Shown here piece after piece: positions 44,329-52,813 of a DNA stretch of 64,000 bases; position 1 is the first letter of the stretch, and every line of letters starts with the position of its first letter. This DNA is from Vulcanimicrobiota bacterium (GTDB taxonomy: Bacteria; Vulcanimicrobiota; Xenobia; Xenobiales; JADMJV01): the NCBI GenBank assembly GCA_050250895.1, contig JBFWNU010000003.1, forward strand, positions 224,001 to 288,000. Direction: 5' to 3'. The notes under the pieces were generated by a model. It was not told where the DNA came from. It ran no database searches and saw only the letters and a program-made list of their open reading frames with translations. The position numbers and the translations under genes were made by a program.

Positions 44329-45561
44329 TTAGTTGGAGGTGTTGAGCAGCAGGTGGGCGGCGCCACCGGCGGCGGTGATGATGTCGGGCTTGTTGTCACC
44401 ATTGAAGTCACCCACCGCGATGGAACGAACGACCTGATTGGCGATTACCGAAAAGACCTGTTGGGCGGCTACGGTTCCGTCGCCGTTGCCCAGGAAGATG
44501 GCCGCCTCGCCGGTGCCGTTGAGGTTGAGGCCAAAAGCGCTACCGGCCACGGGGTCGACCCGACCGTCGAGATTGAAGTCGCCCATGGCGGCTCCGAAGG
44601 GGTCCTGAGAGACGGGGGTGGTGGTGCCAATGGCGAACACGCCGGCTCCGTTGTTGACGAAGGTGCGCAGGACCGAGTTGTTGCCGTCGATGGATGGGAT
44701 GGCGATGTCGTCGATTCCGTCGCCATCGAGGTCACCGGCGGCGATCATCTGGGCCGTGGCGCCGGCCGGCATGGGCAGGCCGTTACTGGCGTTGGCAGCC
44801 GGAAACAGGTTGGCCGCGTTGCCGCTCGATAGCCAGAAGGCGCCGAAGGGGTCGCCGAAGTTGGCGATGGCGAGATCCGGGAAGTTGTCGCCATTGAGGT
44901 TGGCCACCACCAGCCCGCGGATGTTGCTGAGGTTGCCGGCCGAGGTGAAGTTGAAGGCGTTGAAGCCGTTGGCTCCGTCGTTGAGCAAGACGTTGACGCT
45001 GTCGTTGCCCGCATCGGCAATGGCCACATCGAGGCCGTTGACGCCGTCGAAGTCGGCCACGCCGATGCCGCGATTGCTGGTGCCGACGTTGAAGTCGTTG
45101 CGGTTGGGGAAGGCGCCGGTCCCGTCGTTGAGCAGGATGCTCAGCTGGCTGGCCGTGGCCACGGCCAGGTCCAGGTCGTTGTCTCCGTCAAAGTCGCCGA
45201 CCGCGATGGCGGTGGGACCACTGGCGGCGGTGGCAAACAGTTGCTCGGCCCCAAAGCCGCCCGCCCCGTCACCCAGAAAGACGCTGACGTCATTGGTGCC
45301 GTTGTTGGCCACCGCGAAGTCGAGGTTGGCGTCGTTGTTGAACCGGCCCACGGCCACGATTTGAGGGTTGGCCGAGCCGCCGTTACCGGCGTTGAGCACA
45401 ATGGTGGGCTGGGCGGCAAATCCTAGCGTAAGGCCGTTGGCCCCCCCTCCGCCGTCGGTGAAGAAGCCGAGATTGTTCGAGTTGGTGGTGTCACAGGCCG
45501 TGAAGGTCAAAGCTGCGGCCAGCACCAGTGCCGAAGCAAATCGGCGCCATGATATGGACAT
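44329..45561 (-). CDS. FG-GAP/VCBS repeat lipoprotein
   Basis: LTFTAC lipobox; repeated GDFxGDxxxD(L/I)A motifs; start MSISWRR. Confidence 0.9.
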   Translation of the reverse strand: MSISWRRFASALVLAAALTFTACDTTNSNNLGFFTDGGGGANGLTLGFAAQPTIVLNAGNGGSANPQIVAVGRFNNDANLDFAVANNGTNDVSVFLGDGAGGFGAEQLFATAASGPTAIAVGDFDGDNDLDLAVATASQLSILLNDGTGAFPNRNDFNVGTSNRGIGVADFDGVNGLDVAIADAGNDSVNVLLNDGANGFNAFNFTSAGNLSNIRGLVVANLNGDNFPDLAIANFGDPFGAFWLSSGNAANLFPAANASNGLPMPAGATAQMIAAGDLDGDGIDDIAIPSIDGNNSVLRTFVNNGAGVFAIGTTTPVSQDPFGAAMGDFNLDGRVDPVAGSAFGLNLNGTGEAAIFLGNGDGTVAAQQVFSVIANQVVRSIAVGDFNGDNKPDIITAAGGAAHLLLNTSN

Positions 45562-45661
45562 TAGTCCCCCTTGGAATGAGTTTGATCGCCAGGGGTTCGC
45601 CGGGCCGACCACGGTCCCATCGTGCTCTGCTCAAGAAGTGTCAGAGGGCTTCGTGGTACTT

Positions 45662-48600
45662 CTAGGGTCGAACGGCTCGACTGACCAGCCTGGAGAGAAT
45701 GCGTCCGAAAGCGATGACCGAAGCATCGAGGTCGTTCTCGAGCAGCTCGATGTAGTGGGGGAAGCAGACTTCTTGCAGCTTTCGCACGGCCACCTGAGCG
45801 CACAGTAGACCGCGCCGGCGGGTGAGGTGCCTGACCAGCGCTCGCAGGGCGCTGACCGTGCACTGGGTGGGTAAGCCGTCCGAGATCATCACCAACAGTC
45901 TGGTCTTGCGCGGGCTTGCCAGGGCCAACCCCGCCAGATAGTCGAGCGCACCGGCGTCGTTGTTGCCCCCGCTGCATTCCAGATTGTGGGCGGCGCAGCG
46001 ATTGGCGTCACCGGCATCGTAGAGGGTGGTGTCGGTGAACCCGACCACGCGCACGTCGATCCCGCCTAGTCCGCGGCCGGCCTCCGCCAGCAGGGTGGCG
46101 AACAGGCGCGCTTTGTGCAGCGACTCGCCCTGCATCGAGCCCGAGCAATCGACGGCCAGACCGAGGAAGAGGTCGGTTTCGACCTCGAGGCGTCGGGCCT
46201 CGAGCACCCGCACGTCCCCTCGCAAGACGACCGCCGGTAGTTGGGCGCGGTCCAGGCGACGGCCGCTGGTGCGCCGCTTGTGGGGTCGATAGCGCAGACC
46301 CAAACGCTCGAAAACGGCCCGCAAACGGCGGGCATAGCGCGCCACCGCGCGGACGTGCTCGCGATGGGCTACCGGGTCGAAGGCTACCGGCACCACTGCT
46401 GTCAAGGGGGGAAAGTCGACTTGAGGCCCGTCGTTGAGGACCAGAGCCCGAGCTCCTCCTTTGCGAAGGCGCTCGACTTCGCGACGCAATTCGTCGGGGG
46501 TCAGGCCCTCGGTGCGCACGATGACCTCGGCGTCGTCCCACTCCGGGGTGTCGGGACCGAGGCTTTCGAGCAGCACGGTCTGGGTGCCAAAGAGCCGTTG
46601 CAACTCCAGCGTGATTTCGTAGAGCCTTTCCATGTCTGCATGCCGAAAGTCAGGGCCGAAGAGGGCCAGGGCCTGGCCGACCAGCGGGTCGTGATGACGA
46701 TTGCCCAAACCCATGCGCAGGGCTCGCACGAAGCGCCCAAAGGGAAGCGAACTCTTCTCGAGGGCGCGAAAGACATCGCGACCGCGGACTCGCAGGCAGC
46801 CCCGGCGGCGGGCCAGTTGCAGGCGGGTGGCGGTCAAGACCTCAAAAAGCCCGCGGCCCAGGCTGACCACCAGGCTCTCGAGTTCGACCTCCCGGTCGCG
46901 ATGGCCGAAGGCATAAGCCGTCAGTCGCTTGAGCTTCTGGTCGTTGTCGGCGTGGTTGGCGCGCAGGTTTCGCTCGAGATGCTCATCCGAGACCAGATTG
47001 AGCAGCGAGTGCAAGCCGGCCTTTTCGGCTCGCGTCCAAACAGCTTTGGAGGCCGCGTCGGCGTGGTAGATGTGGTGGCCGAATTCATGCAGCATCAGCC
47101 CTTTGACGATGTCTTCGGCGTGGCGTTCGCCGGTGAAGATGGGCATCACGTTGACGAAGATGCGAGCCTCATGCAGGTAGGTGTAGCCCAGCTTCTCGCC
47201 GGTGAGCATTTCCAGGGCAAAGAGCTTGCCGGTCAGTTCGCGTCCGCGGCTGAGTCCCCAGTGAAAAGCCTCGGCCACCCGGCGCACGCGGGCGGCCCGC
47301 TCCGGGCTGCGACGCAGCTGCTGGACCAGGGGGCCGCAGGTGGCCGGCTTGCGGCTGTCTTTTAACACTTCCAGGGCCAGCGGCTCGAAGTGTTTGGAGG
47401 GCATGGTGACCAGCCATTTGAGCAGCTCGGTTTCCGCCAAACCGCTAGCCAGCAGCCCCACCACCGCGTCTCTCAGGTGCTCGGTGTCGGCGGCGGCCAG
47501 CGCCAGGCGGTGGCGAGTGCCGAAGATCCGTTCCCAGAACAGCAGCGGCAAGCCCGTGGGATCGCCTGCCTCGAAAAGGGCGGTGGCCACCTTGAGACGC
47601 AGCCCGGCCAGACGTTGGGGCCCCGCTAGCAGAAAGTCGCGAAGCCGCCGACGAGCAGTGGGGGAGGGGTGGCTCAGGAGCTGCTCCACGGCCGGATGGT
47701 AGGCGTGAGGGTGGGGGCTGGTGGCCAGTTTTTCAGGCAAATCGGCCAGGCCGAGCCGCTCGAGACGTTCCCAGTGGCCGGCCCCAAGCCAGGTGGTCTG
47801 GGTGGGAGCCAGGGCTGCCTCGAGCAGCACCTCCTCCCATTCTTCGCCCGATTCGGCCAGCGATAGAGCGGCCACGAACCTTACCTCGGCGGGGTAGTGT
47901 CCCGCCCGCAGTCGCTCGCGCACCTGCTCGAGGCTGACAGGATCTGGCCAGAGCCCGACCGACTCGGCCAAAACTCCCAGTTGGGGCAGGTCTTCCTCCA
48001 GCAGTTGCAGCAGTCGCTGGCAACCGCTGGGGCGAAAATCGAGCAGGCGCAGAGCCGCTTCGGCCACGATCTCGGCTTGCGGGCCCCGAGCCCACTCGAC
48101 CAACTGCTCGAGGTCCTGGCAGCGCCCGATGAGACGCTTTTGATCGTCGGTCAACTTGACCCGGCGTCCGCGCGCGGCCTGGCCGAGACCGCGGCTGTCG
48201 AACCAGCGAGCGAGCATGCTGCGGGCCTGGGGGTCGAGATCAGGCAGTAGAGCGGTGACTTCAGCCCGGACCAGACCGGTCGGCCCGCCATGATAGTCCC
48301 AACAGCGATCCAGGCACACGGCCGCGCCGACTCCGCCCGGGCCGGCCAGCGCTGCTACGGCCAGCTCCTCCAGGCTAGAAGTGGCGCAGCTGGCGAAAAG
48401 CGAACGTTCGCGCCATCGCCACATGCCCAGCAAGCGACCGGTGGCCCCCCAGCCTTCTTCGCACAAGCGCGGGTTGCCCTGCGCGATGAAGGCCAACCAA
48501 CTGGTCAGGTTGGCCGGACTCTGGTCGAGGCTCGACCAGAGAAAACCCAGATGCCTTTCCCAGCGCGACAGCCAGGCATGGCCATGGACGGGAAGACCTT

Positions 48601-50524
48601 CATTCATTAGCCAGAGACGACAGGCCCGCTCGTCGAGCGAGGTGAGAAAATCGCTCCCGGTCGAGCTATAGTTCTGAAACTCCGCGTCCACTTCGTGGTA
48701 AGGATCGTGGCACCCCAGCAAGGCCAGGCACACCTCCAGGCAGGGGGTCTCGGGACAGGGGCGTTGGCTCAGGGCGGCGGTCAGGCCTCGGCAGGGGCTG
48801 CGCAGGCAGGGCTCCACCGCGTGGGGCAGGGCGGCGGCAGCGCAGGTCGCGATTTGGCGGGCCTCGGCCCTGGTCAGGCTGCGCACATGGGGGGAAGCTT
48901 TCGTCGCCGGCAGGCTGATTTGAGGCCGACGGGCTCGAGCCCAATCCGCGATCCGCCGGTCAGCGTGCCGTTCTAGCTGGCTGGCCAGACAGACTTCACA
49001 GGCGAAAGGAAAGGCCGAGCAGTGATCGACGCGCCCGAGCAGGGTGAGCAGTCTCGCTTGGGTCAGACGAGTAGCCAGTTCATAGAATTCCTGGGCCCCC
49101 AGTCGTTCGGCCAGCATTTGCAGCAGAATTGGGGTGAGCGGGTTGTCACGGTGGTCTAGTACTCGCTCGAGCACCCCGGCGGGTGGGGCTGCTTCGCTCA
49201 ACTGGCGGGCCAGCAAGCGCAGGCGATTGGGCGAAAAGCCGGGGTTGGGCGGGGCGGCCAGTTCGAGGGCCAGATCCACCGCCTGAAGTTTCTCGGCCGG
49301 CGTCAGGCCGTCTAACGCGGCGCGACCCGCCTCATATTCATCCCCTTCGACCAGATCCGTCAGCGCCGCCGCCGCCATCCAACCGGACGCTCTTCCCAGG
49401 CGCTCAAAGAAGGTTCGGCTGGTCTTGGGGTGGCGACCCGGCGCGGCCAGATGGGCCAGTCCTGCCGGGTGGTGTCGCACGGCCAGCATCAAGGCGTCGA
49501 AGTCGACCCGGCGGATCAGGACTCGCATGGGATCTTCGGCCAATCGCAGCAGGGCCCCAAGCATCAGGAGATCAAGGCGGCCCTGGAAGTCGACCAGGGG
49601 AGGGGCTTGCAGGATGAGCGCGATCTCCTCGTCGTCAAGGCGGTCGGAGCGGTGGCCAAGGCGATACAGGCGAGCCAGACCTCTGCGCCTGGCCCCCTCG
49701 GGAAACCAGGCGAACCTGAGGCTGCGGGGATGAAAGCCCACGATCAGGCCAACGACCCAGTCCGGCCAGTTGCCCTGGCTCAGACCGACTCGGCACAGCG
49801 ACGCGATGGGCCTGGCCCGGTGATCGTGGCTGGACAACCATTGGCCGACCTCGCTCCAGAAAGCACCTTCGACGTCCCAGAAAAGACCAAAGAGAGCGTC
49901 CAGGGGGTCGGGCTCCATGGGCGGAGGGCGGGTGCCCCGGGCCCAATCCTCGCTGCGAGTGGGCACCGCCACCCCGAGCAGCTTAGCGGCCGCCCCTCGG
50001 CGGAGCAGATGGCGCGCTCGGGCGGGCGAGAGCGTCCCTAGCTCGGTCCATTCGAGGATGGGACCGACCAGGCTGGGCGCGAGGTCGGGTAGCTGCTCTC
50101 TCGCCGCTGCCGCCAGCCAGGGGTCTTCCAGCAGAAAGAGGTTCAGCCATTGGGCCGTCGACGGGCTATGATCGAGGGCTAGACGTCTCACCTCGACCCG
50201 CGGGTGAAATACTAAGTGAGCCCAACGGGCCGGGTCGTGGTGGACCGACTCGGTCATGGCCTGGGCGGCCGCTTTCACCACGTCAGGGGCCGGGTCGCCC
50301 AGAAGTTCTAACAACCAGCTCAGGGCCCGCGGACCTTCGGCGCCAGCCAGAGCGCGGGCCGCGGCCGCACGCACTCTGGCCTTGGAGTGGGCCAGGGCCC
50401 GGGGAAGACGTCCCAGGAAAGGGACTCTCTCTTTGAGCTTGAGGGCGGCCAGAAGCTCGAGCTGCTCCACCAGCAAGTCGGCGGGGGCGCCGGGATCGTC
50501 GAGGGCTTCCCACAAGGCCAGCAT
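45662..50524 (-). CDS. large HEAT-repeat / HExxH metallopeptidase-like / vWA domain protein
   Basis: N-terminal HEAT-like repeats, LMLHEFGHH, C-terminal MIDAS DCSGS...ISDG; start uncertain (50524 or upstream). Confidence 0.8.
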   Translation of the reverse strand: MLALWEALDDPGAPADLLVEQLELLAALKLKERVPFLGRLPRALAHSKARVRAAAARALAGAEGPRALSWLLELLGDPAPDVVKAAAQAMTESVHHDPARWAHLVFHPRVEVRRLALDHSPSTAQWLNLFLLEDPWLAAAAREQLPDLAPSLVGPILEWTELGTLSPARARHLLRRGAAAKLLGVAVPTRSEDWARGTRPPPMEPDPLDALFGLFWDVEGAFWSEVGQWLSSHDHRARPIASLCRVGLSQGNWPDWVVGLIVGFHPRSLRFAWFPEGARRRGLARLYRLGHRSDRLDDEEIALILQAPPLVDFQGRLDLLMLGALLRLAEDPMRVLIRRVDFDALMLAVRHHPAGLAHLAAPGRHPKTSRTFFERLGRASGWMAAAALTDLVEGDEYEAGRAALDGLTPAEKLQAVDLALELAAPPNPGFSPNRLRLLARQLSEAAPPAGVLERVLDHRDNPLTPILLQMLAERLGAQEFYELATRLTQARLLTLLGRVDHCSAFPFACEVCLASQLERHADRRIADWARARRPQISLPATKASPHVRSLTRAEARQIATCAAAALPHAVEPCLRSPCRGLTAALSQRPCPETPCLEVCLALLGCHDPYHEVDAEFQNYSSTGSDFLTSLDERACRLWLMNEGLPVHGHAWLSRWERHLGFLWSSLDQSPANLTSWLAFIAQGNPRLCEEGWGATGRLLGMWRWRERSLFASCATSSLEELAVAALAGPGGVGAAVCLDRCWDYHGGPTGLVRAEVTALLPDLDPQARSMLARWFDSRGLGQAARGRRVKLTDDQKRLIGRCQDLEQLVEWARGPQAEIVAEAALRLLDFRPSGCQRLLQLLEEDLPQLGVLAESVGLWPDPVSLEQVRERLRAGHYPAEVRFVAALSLAESGEEWEEVLLEAALAPTQTTWLGAGHWERLERLGLADLPEKLATSPHPHAYHPAVEQLLSHPSPTARRRLRDFLLAGPQRLAGLRLKVATALFEAGDPTGLPLLFWERIFGTRHRLALAAADTEHLRDAVVGLLASGLAETELLKWLVTMPSKHFEPLALEVLKDSRKPATCGPLVQQLRRSPERAARVRRVAEAFHWGLSRGRELTGKLFALEMLTGEKLGYTYLHEARIFVNVMPIFTGERHAEDIVKGLMLHEFGHHIYHADAASKAVWTRAEKAGLHSLLNLVSDEHLERNLRANHADNDQKLKRLTAYAFGHRDREVELESLVVSLGRGLFEVLTATRLQLARRRGCLRVRGRDVFRALEKSSLPFGRFVRALRMGLGNRHHDPLVGQALALFGPDFRHADMERLYEITLELQRLFGTQTVLLESLGPDTPEWDDAEVIVRTEGLTPDELRREVERLRKGGARALVLNDGPQVDFPPLTAVVPVAFDPVAHREHVRAVARYARRLRAVFERLGLRYRPHKRRTSGRRLDRAQLPAVVLRGDVRVLEARRLEVETDLFLGLAVDCSGSMQGESLHKARLFATLLAEAGRGLGGIDVRVVGFTDTTLYDAGDANRCAAHNLECSGGNNDAGALDYLAGLALASPRKTRLLVMISDGLPTQCTVSALRALVRHLTRRRGLLCAQVAVRKLQEVCFPHYIELLENDLDASVIAFGRILSRLVSRAVRP

Positions 50525-51296
50525 AGCTGTGCGTTCTGGCGAGGCTGAGCATGTCCCTGTTGACAATCTCTGGCCAAACAAGTAATATTGGATGGCCGAA
50601 GGAGGTGAGATTACGTCCAATCCAGCTGAACATTTGACCCGTGTCCGCTCGAGCGCGACGCGCTTGTCGACATCAACCAGACGCGGTGAGTTGCCGGCGC
50701 GGGCGACTCACCTTCGAGTTGCGCCCCCGGCCAGTCACCAATAGGCAAGACTCGAAACGGTTCGCGTGAGGACGGCAGCCTCTCAGGTGGGAGCGGCCGC
50801 ACGCGAGGCCCGAAGCCCCATGGACCACCGCGGAGCTTCTTCTGGTCCCTGGCCGTTTTTCCGTCCCGTCGATCGATGTCGAGTATCGCGAGAAGCTGTG
50901 TCCACAATTCGCTTTTGTCCCCGAGGGCGGCTTTGGTCCGACGGTGACGCGGCGAGGCGTGGGACTGTTCTCGGGCCGGGGAGCGGTGGGTTGAAGAACT
51001 AGTGCGGCTGGTGGTTTGGAGTGGGGGTACTCCGATGACCACCAGCCGCTAGATCTTCGCGTCGAGGCCAGGCCTGTAAAGGGGCAAGGCCTTCTTGCTG
51101 TTTTACCAGCTAGCGAAGCTTTGATATTTCCAGTCTAGCTGGTCTGGGGGAGTAGCAACACATCCATGCTGCTCTTCCCGGAGCATCCCAGCAGGGGGGG
51201 ATTGTTCGGATAGGGGGGGGCTATCCGGACGAGGCTTCCTCGAATCGGACCACCGGCATACAGTCGTAGAATCAAACACCTGAAGGGGACAGCAAC

Positions 51297-51536
51297 GTGA
51301 TTTCGATCGCCATTTTTCCGGTCGCCGGAGGCCGAACAGCTTCAGTGGAGGGAATTCTCGACGAAACCACCTTCATCACCCTCAAGGATTGGCTCAGTGT
51401 GGTCCTCAGTGGGCCCTCGGGCCGAGTCACTCTAGAGATTTCGGGCCTCTACTCGCCTTGCACCGCCCTCAGACGGCGGCTGCAGCAGCTCGCCACGCGC
51501 TACGACTTCGACCTGGTCGACCAGCCCGTCGAATAA
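51297..51536 (+). CDS. small hypothetical protein, possibly STAS-like
   Basis: GAAGGGG RBS, own terminator; beta-alpha-beta pattern VEGILD...VTLEISGL. Confidence 0.55.
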   Translation: MISIAIFPVAGGRTASVEGILDETTFITLKDWLSVVLSGPSGRVTLEISGLYSPCTALRRRLQQLATRYDFDLVDQPVE

Positions 51537-51540
51537 CCAG

Positions 51541-51574
51541 AAAGACCCCTCGGACGAGCCGAGGGGTTGTGTTT
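51541..51574 (+). terminator. probable (bidirectional) terminator
   Basis: ACCCCTCGG/CCGAGGGGT stem followed by TGTGTTTT, between convergent genes. Confidence 0.7.
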
Positions 51575-51601
51575 TCCGGGGGGAGGGAGGGTCTGGGGTA
51601 T

Positions 51602-51985
51602 CTATGTGATCTGTAGCCTCGACTGCCGGGGCGTTTGCAGGCGAGGCCGGGTGGGCTCGAGGCCCATATCGTGACCGGATGCATTCAGTAGTTGGCCTAT
51701 CCAGCCCCGTTCTCCAAAGAACTGAATGCCGGCTTCGCGCCGACCGGTCATAGGCTCCTCAATTTGCCACACTACGGTACCCCGGCAGGAAGGGAGGCCG
51801 GAATAGGCGCCTGATAGTGGAGCGAGGTCAACAGTGGTGTCGAGATCGAGCGGAGGCTGGCAGAGCAGTCGGAGTCCGTGGGCGCTAACGTCGGTAACGA
51901 TACCTACCGAGCCTTGTTCACCGGTGCGGTAGGCCACCAGAGCGTTGCAACGCAGTCTTGGAGATTGGCGGTTATCAAGAGTCAT
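51602..51985 (-). CDS. PilZ domain protein
   Basis: RQSPR (RxxxR) and DVSAHG (DxSxxG). Confidence 0.85.
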   Translation of the reverse strand: MTLDNRQSPRLRCNALVAYRTGEQGSVGIVTDVSAHGLRLLCQPPLDLDTTVDLAPLSGAYSGLPSCRGTVVWQIEEPMTGRREAGIQFFGERGWIGQLLNASGHDMGLEPTRPRLQTPRQSRLQIT

Positions 51986-51987
51986 GG

Positions 51988-52188
51988 CTATTTCCTTGGC
52001 TGCTCGGGGGTGAGTTCTTCATACCCGAGACGGGTCAGATCCTCGTGGAAGGGAGCAATATCGCGAGCCCGATAGAGCGGTCCCTTGCGTCCGGTGCTGG
52101 TGCAGTTCCAGCTGCCGGTTCGGTAGTCCCATTCGCAGATGACGGCGTGCTTGCGTTCCGGATCTAGGAAGTGGCGAGTGGAGGGCAT
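51988..52188 (-). CDS. small hypothetical protein (66 aa)
   Basis: AAGGA RBS; MPSTRHFLDPERKHAVICEW... Confidence 0.6.
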   Translation of the reverse strand: MPSTRHFLDPERKHAVICEWDYRTGSWNCTSTGRKGPLYRARDIAPFHEDLTRLGYEELTPEQPRK

Positions 52189-52198
52189 GCGGTTCCTT

Positions 52199-52294
52199 TC
52201 AATCAACCTGAGCTTCGTAGCACAGATCCTGCAGCAACAGGCTCCAAGGCAGGTCGTAGGTGGTCTGGGTGGTGAGGAGATCGGATTTTACCAT
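52199..52294 (-). CDS. putative 31-aa microprotein
   Basis: GGAGG RBS; MVKSDLLTTQTTYDLPWSLLLQDLCYEAQVD*; overlaps the upstream stop. Confidence 0.45.
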   Translation of the reverse strand: MVKSDLLTTQTTYDLPWSLLLQDLCYEAQVD

Positions 52295-52518
52295 CGGATC
52301 GCCTCCGCTTCAGAAGAGTCCACGGCCGTCCCGGCCCCGATGAAGACCAGGCTATCGGAGTTATAGAAACGACGCTGACTCCTTTCCCAGGCGCGATCCA
52401 TTCGTAACAGACTGCGCTGCAGACGCAGAGCGCGACGGTGAGCACGGTCGGGATCCAGGCCGGGTTCGTCACAAAGACAGGCAGCCACCAATCGTTCGAG
52501 CGGAACTTTCTTTACCAT
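52288..52518 (-). CDS. small hypothetical protein (76 aa)
   Basis: GGAGGTG RBS; MVKKVPLERLVAACLC... Confidence 0.6.
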   Translation of the reverse strand: MVKKVPLERLVAACLCDEPGLDPDRAHRRALRLQRSLLRMDRAWERSQRRFYNSDSLVFIGAGTAVDSSEAEAIRW

Positions 52519-52813
52519 ATTTTCACCTCCGGATGAGGGCTCGATGGAAAGGCTTGCATAATCCGCTCGTTCGTGCTATGCTGCGGATGCATTATGCGGT
52601 AGCCCAGCTACCCGTCAGCCCTGCGCCAACTTCCCGGACGGAGCAGGGCTACGTGCTTTTCCACCGTTATTTAGTTTACCCTGATGTCGAGCCTTCAAAC
52701 ACCCATTTAAGGCGATTTTCTGGCGAGGGATCGCCTGGCTGCTCTCGAAGTTCACGGGCCGTGCCGGCCGTTACTCTCAGTCTATCCCCTGGCGAGGTCC
52801 TCTGTCTGTCGCG

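Noticed and set aside
50611-51042. 143-aa ORF
   Set aside because: No RBS or recognisable motifs and low-complexity composition; cannot be supported
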